Source: Octopus sinensis
Lineage: Eukaryota
Direction of reading: 5' to 3'
DNA length: 64,000 bases
NCBI RefSeq assembly: GCF_006345805.1
Contig: NC_043002.1
Span: forward strand, 82,274,001-82,338,000
Made by a program: the position numbers and the translations under genes. Positions 1-12,887 of this stretch are shown here, in pieces; the first letter of the stretch is position 1, and each line of letters starts with the position of its first letter. The notes beneath the pieces were generated by a model. It saw only the letters and a program-made list of their open reading frames with translations, ran no database searches and was not told the origin of the DNA.

Positions 1-1056
1 GTCTTTGTTTTGTTTTTTCCTTGATTTTATTATTATTATTATAATTATATCCTTCCTGCTAAAGTATTGCCACTAACCCAGTTCCTATTTTTATTTTAAT
101 ATAACACTTTCTTTCAAGCTTTCAACTTTTGCACACTCTCCCACCCCCAACACTTTTGTTAACATTTCCTTATATTTTGCCTTATTTTTTGTTTCTTTTT
201 TTTTTGTATTTTGTATTTCTTTTTTCTTCTTTCCCAGTCTTTAGTGTCATTACCATTAATATAATAATTTCATTTTGCTATTAGTTTCATCTCATGTCAG
301 CCCCAATAGTCAACATCTTGGGCTTTCTCCTATAGTCTTTGGCCAACCAATACTTTGTGAGGCAATTTTGTAGGCAGAAACTGAAAGAAGCTCATGTGTG
401 CATGTCTGTTTGTATGAATGTTTACAACCTACACTGAGCTGAGCTTGCTTCTACTACAACCAAACCAGTAATGTCACCATTTGTGGTTGGACTGCAACTG
501 GTGACGTTTGTTGGCATTTCATTTCAAATCATTCATTAGCTTTGTGCTTTCAAATTTCTCTGGAATAAAATATATCAACTCACTTGAAAAACAGGTAAGG
601 GTTGGCAACAGGAAGAGCATCCACCCATAAAAATCCTGCCTCAATTACTTCTCCCATCTAAACCATGCTAACATAGAGAAAGTGATATTAAATGAACTAA
701 GAAGAGTTGATGAAATGTCAGCTGAGTTCATTTCTCTGGCGATGTAGAAAATCTAACAGTTTGTATTCTTGCTCTTCAATGAAGAGAAGAAAACTAATGA
801 GTGAGAGCCCAAATTGGATTTTGGCATTTTGCAAACTTTCCTTTTGATTTGCTGGTGTCTTGGAGGATCCGTTCTAATGTCTTTAGATTCCAGACTACCT
901 GTATGTGTGTATTGTACAATTAGTTTTGACTAGGACTTAAAGATTTGCTTGACAGTTTATTTATCCAATCAACAAATGTTTTACTGTTATTCTTAAACTT
1001 GCTTCAAACTAATAGCTTCAGTTTTATATATATATATATATAAGAGAGAGAGAGAG

Positions 1057-1462
1057 GGTCACAGGCGTAGTTGTGAGGTAAGAAATTTGCTTCCCAACCA
1101 CATGGTTCCATGTTCAGTCCCAATGCATGGCACCTTGGCCAACTGTCTTCTACTATATAGCCTTGGGCCGACCAAAGCCTTGTGAGTGGATTTGGTTGAT
1201 GGAAACTGAAAGAAGCCCATTGTATGTATTTGTGTGTGTCTTTGTGTTCGTGTTTGTCCCTCACCACTGCTTGACAACCAGTGTTGGTGTTTACATGCCT
1301 GCGAATAAGCAGTTTTGGCAAAAAAAGACTGGTATAATAAGTACCAGGCTTTTAAAAAAAATAATAAGTGCTGGGGTTGATTTGTTTGACAAAAATTCTT
1401 TGAGGCAGTGCCCCAGCATGTCTACAGTCTAACATACAGACTGACATAAGTAAAAGATAAGA
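1057..1462 (+). mobile_element. tRNA-derived SINE with CORE-like segment (family A), intronic
   Basis: Head with B-box-like GGTTCCATGTTCAGTCCC, CACCTTGGCCAA core, (GT)n middle and AAAAGATAAGA tail. Many homologous copies occur in the window. Confidence 0.85.
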
Positions 1463-1613
1463 TATATATATATATTAAATCCTAAGTTCTTTTTTAAACA
1501 TACATACTCTTTATCTCTCTCTCTATGTCTCTCATTTACTCTTTTCACACCTCTCGCTGTTCTCTCTTTCTTGTCTGCATGCTTTTCCTTATTCTGACTC
1601 ATTCTGATTCCAG

Positions 1614-1686
1614 AATGCTCAAACCCAAAGAAATGCAGAGCTAGATTTGGTCTTGACCAACAGAATCAGTGGTGCAAACCATGCAG
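1614..1686 (+). CDS. pan: TCF/LEF (pangolin) internal exon, first part of C-clamp ([25 protein letters not shown])
   Basis: Acceptor ttctgattccag at 1613 and donor CAG|GTAGGG at 1686/1687. The translation contains the TCF-diagnostic CRARF motif. Length is 73 nt, phase 1 in and phase 2 out. It is absent from the ORF track. Confidence 0.96.
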
Positions 1687-4600
1687 GTAGGGAATATTAA
1701 AAAAAAAAAAGAAAAAATGTCTAAATAAATATATATATATAAATATATATGTATATTTGCATACATGTATGTTAATATATATATAAATATACATATATAT
1801 ATATATATTGTGTGTGTGTGTGTGCGCCTTGTTTCTTTTTTTTTTTTATCTTTTTGTTTTTCTCTTTTGTTTCTTAGCCTGCTAGTGGCTAATGCAGAAA
1901 AGTTTGTAATTTCTGTCATAGCCCCGTAAGCTGGGTACTATATGTTAATATATGGTACTTAAAGCAAGTTCAACATCGTATTTTAAAAGTGATTATATAA
2001 TTTATTTAATGTACAAATAAGGAAAAAAAAAAAAAAAGACAGCATGATTATTTCTCTCTCACTTTCTCTGTCTTTTAGTCCCCCCCCCACCTTTCTTGTA
2101 CTAACATAATTGTTATAGTATTCATAAGCAGTTCCCTCCCCTACCTCTTTCTTTGCTGAGACTATTAATAGCAGTAGTTACATACATACATACTTACGTG
2201 TATATATGTATATATTATGGTGATTACTGTTAATTCTTATACTTTTCCTTTTCTTTCTTTTTGTACATTATTGAGATATTTTAAGATAATCAAAAATTTC
2301 CTTATTTGAATTTTAAAAAAAAAAACGATATATTTCTTTATATATATATATATGTATCCACATATATATCTCCGCATATCTATTGGCCACAGAAAAGAGA
2401 TCCTGTTTTACAAATTAAATGGATAAATTATTCCAGTATTGCGATTTGAAGTAGGTTTTCATGACATGTTTGTCTGCTTCTGTTTATTTCATTGTCTTAC
2501 CAAGTCGTTCAACTTTTCTGCAATGGCCATCTTGTCTCGTTTCAGATCAATGCATGAAAAGTGTGATCAAACTGCTGATTTAGAAACGAAAATCTCCACG
2601 GAGGTATAACATTAAGGTATCCTCGTTGACCTCTCCGCAGCATGCTCCTCGGCCAATGTAATGCTTAAATCTTCTACATCCTCGAAAAGTCATACATTAA
2701 GGTGTCAGCTTTGCATGTTACGATATCTCATAGGGGTCTGGGGATATAAAGCTGGTATACCCACCGATATTTTTCCACCCTGTCTTTTTTTACAACCCCA
2801 CCCCCCCAAAACTCCTTGTCCCCCCACTTTCAATTTTTCTGCCACTTCCCGTGAAACCCCCCATCCAAATGTGGTCATGCTTGTTACGTTGATTTGGTTG
2901 GTTGTCCTTCTGCTGCCTGCCAGGGCACCTTGCTTTGTTGTGTTGTATCTTCGAACTGCTTGTCGTTGTAGCCAATCAAAATGCTTGTTTCAATGTTCCC
3001 AAGCATGAAACTCTTTGGCCTGCTGCCTTCGTGGTTTTTATAGGTGTATGTCTTTATGCGCAAGCCAATGGTATCATACCTAACTGTCTGTAACCTGTGT
3101 TTATTTTTTTGGTTTGTTTGTACAAAATTATATCTTTTATTGTTTTTTGTCTTTTTTTGTATTGTTCTACCCTTACCCCACCTTTTTTTTAAATACATTT
3201 CCTATTTTTCCATATTTCCCACCCCATTCTTCTTATAACATCAATATCTTAATATTTAAACAATCTTTATTGATTCTATTCCATTTGCTGTCTACTTCTT
3301 GGAATTTTGGAATCTGTTAGGGCATTTATTTTATGTTTTGTTACAATTTTTAAAAAAAGAAACATTTTTTTTGTCATGGTTTTGCTGTTGCAAGTAAAAT
3401 GAATAATTCCCTGTGATTCATCTCTAAAGGCTGGTAACAAGATAACTTTCGTTGTTGAGTTGAACACTCCTTGTAGCTTGCTGCCCGTCCATACTTATGC
3501 ATTCTTGTATATTCACACACACACACAATTACAGCTCCTTTACATAACATACATTGTTATTGATATATTTCTCCTTTTTTAAGATTTTAAACACTAAACC
3601 CCAAGCAAGATATCACCAAACGTGGCTGTTATAATATCTTGCAAGTTCTAATCATTATACCGCCTCTTCCATTACTACTACTATTAGTGCCTTCTTTTTA
3701 CTATATTGATATTAGTATTTATAGTTCCTGAAGTTTTCATTCATTCTTAAGACATTTGTAGAAATCATTCACTGTTTCTGTTTTAATGTGGGAGTGACAT
3801 ACTTCTAGCAATCAAATGATACAGAACCAAGGAGAGACAATTCAAAATTTTGTCTAAGTCGATATGAGACATTATACTGAAAGTCTGTTGTAGTTTATTG
3901 TCGTTATTATTATTATTATCATCATCATCGTTATCAAAACCGTTTTTTTTTTTTTTTGAACAAACCATTGATTTCTAATTAATATTCATTTGGAAGTAGG
4001 AAGGAAAAGTAGCAAGGATGGGATGGGTGGATAAAAAAAAAAATATTGAAGTCTGCCTTGTCTAACAAAGCTGACACGTTAATTCTGTTGCTCCAGAAAT
4101 GTGTCTCAGGTCTGACAAGAGACAAGTATGCCTCACTGTCCAATATTTCACTCATCCTTTTCCTACCAACTACCCTAGCAGAAAAGCTGTGCCTGTCTCA
4201 TTCAGTCATTCTATCAATCCATCCACTGGATATATCCATATATATTTATTTTTCTCTCATTGTTTCATTTCACAATTATGCTTCACCGGTCCTCCTTCTT
4301 TTCTTCTTCCTCCTCCTCCTCTTCTTGCGTTTTCAGTTTTAAAAGAAAGAATATAACAAAAAATACAAAACAAAGAGACGGGGGAAAAAACACGGTTTTT
4401 CTCAGTTGTGTGCGTTTCCTTCATTCCCACTTTTTCTTTCTTCCCCTACCCCCACATCTTATTTGGTTTTGTTCCTTTCTGTGCATGACAAATAAAAAAT
4501 GAATAAATAAACCCTTAAAAAAAAATAAAATTTGACAAACTAATCTTCTTCTCATCTCCCATCTCCTCACTTCCTTTCTTACTGTGATGTTTTGATCATT

Positions 4601-5404
4601 TTTAAGCACCATATTTTTTTTTTTCCATTTTTTTTCTGGATGGTTTACATTATGATTGGTTCATTTATTTATTTATTTATTTATTTCTAGTCACCTTTAG
4701 TACGTATGTATGTCCATATGTATGTACGTACATAACATTTTTGTATGTATGTACATATATATATATCTGTGTATGTATGTCTCTGTGAGTGAGCGCCTAT
4801 CTGTCTGTGTGTGCGGCATGCACATTTTTAATAGAAAGAGGCTTGGATATTTTTAACAGCTAACATCGTTGTCCTGTCTTTGTTTATATCCTTATTATTA
4901 TTATTAATATCATCACTATCGTCATCATCATTCCCTTACTCCCCATTTCCTTCTTTTCCTCTAAATATTTTTGGTTCTAAGACTATTCTGCCTGTTTCTC
5001 ATTGATATTTTCTCTTCTTTTTTTTTTTTTTTTTCCAAAGTTTCCTCACCATTTCCATCCTATGGTAATGCCAAGAAATTCTTCAGCTCTGTTTTTGATG
5101 ACCACATCCCCAATTCTCAAATGGAAACAAATGACAAATAAAAATCTTTTAAATAACCAAAAAAAAGACAAAACAAAAAAAAAACATATTCCTTTCTACC
5201 CACCCTTTCTACCACTTACAACCCTGCTTTTTCTCTCTTTCCTCTTTCTATTCCCCTATATCTTATATATATATATATATATATGTATGTATATGTGTGT
5301 GTATGTATACACACCCATTTTACACACATACATATCAGTTAAATACCTCTTACATAAAATATCCCTGATTTTAAAAAATTTTAAACATTTAACTTCACTA
5401 CTTC

Positions 5405-5440
<36 letters not shown>

Positions 5441-8400
5441 ATTTTCCACTTAACTGAGGCATTTCTACCATGGCCAGCTGTTGTGTGAGAGTGAAAACAG
5501 GATTTCACCCTTTTAGGGGACAAGTTTATACTTACTAGCTAATTTTGAACCATCTCAGAGAAATGTCTAATTTTGACCTTTGACTGAGAGTTGTTTGTAA
5601 AATAAGCAAACTAGAAATAAACTTTTATATCAGACTAGTCTATGGTCACACTTCTCTAGCAGTGTTCATCTATGTAAAAGCTTATGTAAGCACCTTGTTT
5701 CACTCATTTTCACACATAGCGAAATTTTCTGTTAACCTTTTTTTTTTTTTTTTGATATTATTGTTATTATTATTTTTTTTTTATTGTTGTTGTTGTTGTT
5801 GTTATTAATCAAAATTTTCTACATGTTATCTTACCGAATGCCTCCACATTTAAACCAAATAGGCAAGTGTGAGTGTTGTTAATAAACAGACACACTCTTC
5901 AATTTCAATACGTAGAACCCTGATAGAATTTGACGAGTTTGAGCACATGTACAACATACTCTACAATATCATATATATATATATACACACACACACGCAC
6001 CATTATAAATAGAATACACATTACAGTTATAATTATTATTCTCTGCACTCCTCTAAACAGACAAATATTTATTACAGTCTATATGAACACCACTAGAAAA
6101 CAACATAGGTCCATTATGAAGATAGACAAACTGATGTAATGATATTAATGATAACCATAACATTAATAGTGTCATACAAAATAATTTACATGATCAATAA
6201 ATAAGTTACAAAATAGGAAATTAAGTATAATTATTTTCAAAAAAATTACGCATTTGTAGATTTGTTTTATAATGAATGATTTTGATGTTATTTTCACTTT
6301 GATTTTTAGTCTTGTTTTTGGTAAATTTTATCTTCAGCTTTTGACACAGAGAAAAACTACAACTTATGTGTGTGTGTGTATATATATATAGCAGTATTTT
6401 GTTCAAGGAAGCTCTCTTTAAAGACATATTATGCTAAAAGACACAGTATACTTCAAAACTAGGTAAAATGAAATCGCCAGAGAAGTGAACACACACAACA
6501 AATATCAATGTTTCACTGTTTTTGCTGCTCATCAGTATCATGTACACATCCCATTTCTGAAGCAAAATTGAAATAACAAACCAGAAGCATATGCAAGTAG
6601 TGTAAAAATTTCTTTGCCAATATGCAGTAAGTCTCCACAAGGAAAACAAAATTCAAATTTTGCTTCAAAGAAGCAGCTCAATGAAGGATGCCAGTTTTAT
6701 GACAGTAACACACATACACACACATATATGTACAATGGGCTTCTTTCAGTTTCTATCTACTAAAATACATTCACAAGACTTTAGTCAGTCCAGGGCTATA
6801 GTAGAAGACATTTGCCCAAGATGTCATGCAGTGGGGCTGAACCAAAAGCTGTGTATTTGCGAAGCAAACTTCTTGACACATAATATTTGAAAAACATTAT
6901 AATGAATAAATAGTTAAGAATTGAGAAATTTTGCCGGATGTTATATGAAAATAGAATTTCGAAGTAAACATATTTAATATTGTTGACTAGAAAGCAAAAC
7001 AAGAGTGCGTCACTTTAATTCAAGGGGCATAACTCTTTCTTCTAATGGTGTTTTCTGTAAATATTTTTCAAATTTAATTTTGTGTGTGTTTGTGTTTGTA
7101 CTGCATATTATGTCTAATACTAATAATATTTGCTGAAACAAGAACAGAAATTCTGACAGTGAGTTTGTTAGCTCTGATAATAGTCGTTTCTAAGTTTGGC
7201 AGGAAGCAAAATGGTCTTACATCTTTTCAGAATTACCTCCCATGTTTTCTAGCTGCCATTATGGATTTTACGAATATTTTCCCTACCATTGGATATGTAT
7301 TAGAGCATTCGTTGTAGGGGGAAGGGGCACACACACATACACACACAAACTAAAGTTGTTTTTTTCCATTTTTTTTTCTTTTTCAGATTTATTTGCGAAT
7401 CTTTTTTTAATGACTATTGTTATTATTATCATTACGTTGACACATCAATAAACAATTGAGGCAGTTTTTTTTTCATACGTAGAAACGTTTATTTGGATTT
7501 TTTGCCATTAAAAAAATACTTTTCATTGATGTTGACGTCATCATCATCAACATTAACCAATATAAAATAAATATTAACAAATGCTTATTTAGAAAGTGGG
7601 GTCTTGTTTTTCTTTTTCTTTTTTGTAAATATATTTTATTTTATGGCCATAGTTTAACTTTTTAGTTATTATATTCCTAATTAAATGCACAGCCTATTTG
7701 TTTTAATTTATTTGTAAAGATTTTGGGAGATTTAGTAAAATACCAAATTTTTTCTTGAATAAGCTGTTGTTTGGAACTCACACACATAATATCATTCAGT
7801 CATACACACACACACAGAGGAAATATTTCTTTAATTAACTAGTTGCTATCATTATGGTGACTATCGGATCATAGTACATAGCTACATTTTAAACTATTTT
7901 CTATACACACACAAACACACAGGTAAACACATAGGTGCAAAACAAGGTAGTAAAAATAGTACTAGAATACCAAAGGTAGAGCAATATACTTTTATTAAAG
8001 CTGAAAAAATCACAACTCTGAGTAATGATTTGTGAAATTTTTTTCAGTTTTAATAAAATAGTGTGTGTGTGTGTATATATATATATAATATATATATATA
8101 TATATACGCACATACATACCACATACATTAATATTTCACTATCAACATTATTCTAACAGCTGCCATTGTGCAAACGTAAGGATTTATCAAACTAAAATCA
8201 AGACTTGCATTTCATTTCCTGTTGGAACTATTCCATTCAAAAGAACGCAAATACCTTGGAACTGGAACATTTCATTTTACTTTTCTTGTCAATGTGAAAC
8301 TTTTACTTGATGATGTTATTTTAATGTTTACAGAGTTCAGTGTCAATTAAATCAATTGTGCAAGTCTATATCTGATAATGTTTCTTGATATCTTTATCAG

Positions 8401-8473
8401 TCTGACACACACACACACACACACACACATATTATATATATGTATATTTACATTATTTCTCTCTTCATTACAG
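1687..8473 (+). other. pan: GT-AG intron of TCF/pangolin (6787 nt) splitting the C-clamp
   Basis: GT at 1687 and pyrimidine tract ctctcttcattacag ending at 8473. The join AG|A restores Arg in CKPCR-RKKKC. Confidence 0.9.
6700..6890 (-). mobile_element. Family A SINE, 5' half
   Basis: Reverse complement of the family A head and core. Confidence 0.75.
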
Positions 8474-8768
8474 ACGAAAGAAGAAGTGTATTAGATTCCT
8501 GACTGGTGAAGATGGAACAGCCAGCAACACTGATGGGGAGGATGGCAATGATGATGTTATGAGTGATGGCATCACCACAATGACAACAACTGCAGATTCT
8601 ATGAATGAAAGTGACTGTAATTTAGAGAGCCCTAACCTGTCACCTCACAGCGAACACATAAAAGAACAGCAGCAACAGAAATTCATTCAAAATATTAAGG
8701 TTGAATCCACAGACTCTGCTTATTCTCCACCACCAGTGCCTCGTTCCTGCTCTTCACCAAACACCTAG
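8474..8768 (+). CDS. pan: TCF/LEF (pangolin) terminal coding exon: RKKKCIRFLTGEDG...SCSSPNT*
   Basis: Extending track ORF 8559..8768 upstream in frame to the acceptor gives RKKKCIRF, the end of the TCF C-clamp. Stop TAG at 8766-8768. Confidence 0.94.
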
Positions 8769-10870
8769 GGAAAGCCACATTTCCAATTCCAAAAACCATC
8801 GATTACAGGTAGCATAATATTTCACTATTACCCCCTGCCATGCTGCTGGCAGGGGAATATGAAATAGATAAGGACATTAAAAGGATTTACCAAACATAAC
8901 CAGACAAAGAAAATAGAGACGGCATGTATTATATATACACATATATATATATAACTATGTATGTATATGTGTGTGTGTGTGTGGTACATGTCTGTGTAAA
9001 TGGATGCATGCACTAAGGTACATATATGCAGAGTCACATTATGCATACATGTCTTCTTGGGCTATGTTTGTGTGTTATGTATGGGTCTATGTCTGTGTGT
9101 GTATGCATAAGAATATATGTGAAGCCATACATATTTGCACATACAATTATGTACATGCTTGTTTCAAGTCTGGTGGAGTGCATGTGTGCATAGTTGAAGG
9201 AAGGGTGTGTGTTTGCATGTAGATTGTATGTTTTACATACACACACATATATATACACACATACATATTTATACACATACACACACACACATATATACAC
9301 ACGTGTGTGTATGTATGTATGTGTGTGTATGTATGTATGTGTGATTGTATCTTAAAAAAAAATTACCAAAGCCTAAATCTGAAGCTTAAACAATTTAGAT
9401 TGAAGAATGAATAGTTGAGCCACTCTGGGAGGTGTTGGGCTCCACTGAGGTCTGTTTAAGCTAGGCTTATGCTTGGGGAGGGTAGGGAGGAATCTCAGCA
9501 CTGCTCAGGGTCAGCAGTCAAAGAATTTGGTTCGATATTTGTCCAACAAAACAAGATTTTGAAGAAAGCAAAAAAAAAAAAGCAAAAACGAAACAACAAA
9601 CAAGCGAAAAATACTAACAGAACTGGGGGTAAAAATACAAGACAAAAAGGAATTTAAAACTAAATAAATCGCAGGGTCGCCCAAAATTTTGGAAAAAATA
9701 CAAAAAAAATAGAAAAAATGAAAGAACGAGCAAAAGCCTAAAACAGAAACTTTACTGAAATCTATTGCCATGCAACTCCGTCGTACAGCTCACAGCTTCT
9801 TTCACTGATGGCGCCTCTGGTCCGTATAATTAAAACAAAAATAAACAAAAAACAATAATTAGTGAAAAAAAAAGTGAGGAAGAAAAAGAAAAGAGAGAAA
9901 AAAAGAACAAGCTTTGATATTTTTGTATAAACATTGCCATCAATATGTGACGATTTCATTCACCATGTGTGTATTCTTTTTGTTTTTCTCTTATCTTTTT
10001 CCTCTATACTTTTAAAAAGGTGAAAGAAGATTTTAAAAAATATAAAAAAATAGGAGCTTATGTTTAACAAAAATATATAAAAAAACAAAAATGACAATAC
10101 TGAAAGAAGAAAATCGAGTCCATCCTTGTTTTTTTTTATTATTTTTTTTTTTTCTTTCTTTCCATTTAAGAAAGACAGTTAAACGAGTAAAAGAGAAAAA
10201 AAAAACAAAAAAACATTGACAATACTTTTTTCCTTGGTTGTATTATTTTAAGAGTAAACGACAAAATGAACAACAGTAAAAAAAAACAAAAACATCCAAT
10301 TATGAGAAACCTGGGGAAAAAAATAACAAAAAAAAAGCAACTTTTTTTTAAAAGTGATAAAAATTCTGATCATTGTAAATATTGCATGAGATAGTGATGT
10401 CACTATTTTGTGATGTTTTTAGTACTCACTAGGAGAGGTTGTTGTTGCCCTTGTTCTGAACTGCATCATCTGCCTCATATCTCCATGGTTACCAGCTTCA
10501 TTCTTCTCATCACTGGACCTAGGGTTCCCCATTCCCACCCCCTGTCACCACTGCTGTGACTCTCCTTCCACCCCCACCCTTCCATTTACTCTTTTCTCTT
10601 TTCAGTCATCACCCTTGTTCGCTCACTCACAACCACCGCCATGCCCTTTTCTCCAAAAAAAAAAAACGGTAAAAGAGGGGACCCCTACCTCTTTCCTGGC
10701 CCTGTAGTCTCTCCACCCTAACCTTCCCACATCCACACCTCCTCTCCACTCAGAACCGAACCTTCAAGGACAGTAAGATGACAAAAATTACTGCTACAAC
10801 AACGCTCTGTCCACAATGTTTTTTTTTTTCAATGGAAAAACAAATAAAATTAAATAATAATAATAATAGT
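8769..10870 (+). other. Presumptive TCF 3'UTR
   Basis: Follows the stop codon and is A/U-rich. Several AATAAA/ATTAAA hexamers are present (e.g. 9663-9668, 10843-10854). The true end cannot be fixed from sequence alone. Confidence 0.4.
8930..9345. repeat. Compound (TA)/(TG)/(CA) microsatellite tract
   Basis: Direct inspection. Confidence 0.85.
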
Positions 10871-11029
10871 CATTAAAGAAGAAAAAAAAGACTCAATTTG
10901 TAGGGGGTGGGGAAGGAGGAACGGATGAGTGGATGTTTGTTTCTAACATTAAAAGTTAGATCATAAGATCTCTTTTATTGGCCTTCACATTACCAAAAAC
11001 AAAAAAAATTCTTTTATGACATCAGTATC

Positions 11030-11062
<33 letters not shown>

Positions 11063-11629
11063 CACATATATATATATATATATATAATATGCAACAAAAT
11101 TTAGGAATACTTGCTGAGTTTGGTGGCTGTATATTTTTTTTTTTACCTCCCCTTCTTCTCTCCCAAATCATGTTGGTAGTCATATCACATTTATGTTCAC
11201 AGATAAAACGTTCTCAAGATAGAGTGGGAATATTGTCACTAAAGAACAGGTTGCATGGGGCAGGGTGCTATTTATTTATGTAATTCACCAACTCACCCAC
11301 CCACCCACGATGTCATTGTCTCCCTCTCTTCCCTCTAAATGCTTAGCAGTTCTGTTTAAGTTTCCATGTACAAACTACTTTGCATTATATCTGGCTAGTT
11401 TTTGTTTTTTAGGTTTTTGCCATAAGCCACTTCCCATTCACTTTTTACATGCATATATATATATATATACATGCTATGTATGTGCGTTTGTATGTGTATA
11501 TATATATATATATATATGTATATATACCACACAAACACACATGTATGCATGGTAGCTTAAGAAACATTAAACATTTGTCTATGTTACTGTATAAGTAGTG
11601 ACATTTGTGTATACTGCAGTATATATATA

Positions 11630-11675
<46 letters not shown>

Positions 11676-12234
11676 CACATATATATATATATATATATAA
11701 TATGCAACAAAATTTAGGAATACTTGCTGAGTTTGGTGGCTGTATATTTTTTTTTTTACCTCCCCTTCTTCTCTCCCAAATCATGTTGGTAGTCATATCA
11801 CATTTATGTTCACAGATAAAACGTTCTCAAGATAGAGTGGGAATATTGTCACTAAAGAACAGGTTGCATGGGGCAGGGTGCTATTTATTTATGTAATTCA
11901 CCAACTCACCCACCCACCCACGATGTCATTGTCTCCCTCTCTTCCCTCTAAATGCTTAGCAGTTCTGTTTAAGTTTCCATGTACAAACTACTTTGCATTA
12001 TATCTGGCTAGTTTTTGTTTTTTAGGTTTTTGCCATAAGCCACTTCCCATTCACTTTTTACATGCATATATATATATATATACATGCTATGTATGTGCGT
12101 TTGTATGTGTATATATATATATGTATATATACCACACAAACACACATGTATGCATGGTAGCTTAAGAAACATTAAACATTTGTCTATGTTACTGTATAAG
12201 TAGTGACATTTGTGTATACTGCAGTATATATATA

Positions 12235-12280
<46 letters not shown>

Positions 12281-12847
12281 CACATATATATATATATATA
12301 TATAATATGCAACAAAATTTAGGAATACTTGCTGAGTTTGGTGGCTGTATATTTTTTTTTTTACCTCCCCTTCTTCTCTCCCAAATCATGTTGGTAGTCA
12401 TATCACATTTATGTTCACAGATAAAACGTTCTCAAGATAGAGTGGGAATATTGTCACTAAAGAACAGGTTGCATGGGGCAGGGTGCTATTTATTTATGTA
12501 ATTCACCAACTCACCCACCCACCCACGATGTCATTGTCTCCCTCTCTTCCCTCTAAATGCTTAGCAGTTCTGTTTAAGTTTCCATGTACAAACTACTTTG
12601 CATTATATCTGGCTAGTTTTTGTTTTTTAGGTTTTTGCCATAAGCCACTTCCCATTCACTTTTTACATGCATATATATATATATATACATGCTATGTATG
12701 TGCGTTTGTATGTGTATATATATATATGTATATATACCACACAAACACACATGTATGCATGGTAGCTTAAGAAACATTAAACATTTGTCTATGTTACTGT
12801 ATAAGTAGTGACATTTGTGTATACTGCAGTATATATATATATATGTG

Positions 12848-12868
<21 letters not shown>
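11030..12868. repeat. Triple tandem duplication, units ~613/605 bp, joined by (AT)n
   Basis: The marker ATGCAACAAAATTTAGG recurs at 11089, 11702 and 12307. ORF translations are identical across copies outside the microsatellites. Confidence 0.95.

Positions 12869-12887
<19 letters not shown>

Noticed and set aside
1-1613. TCF HMG-box or basic-tail exon
   Set aside because: No HMG motifs. KRRKL near 780 has no splice context and does not match the TCF basic tail.
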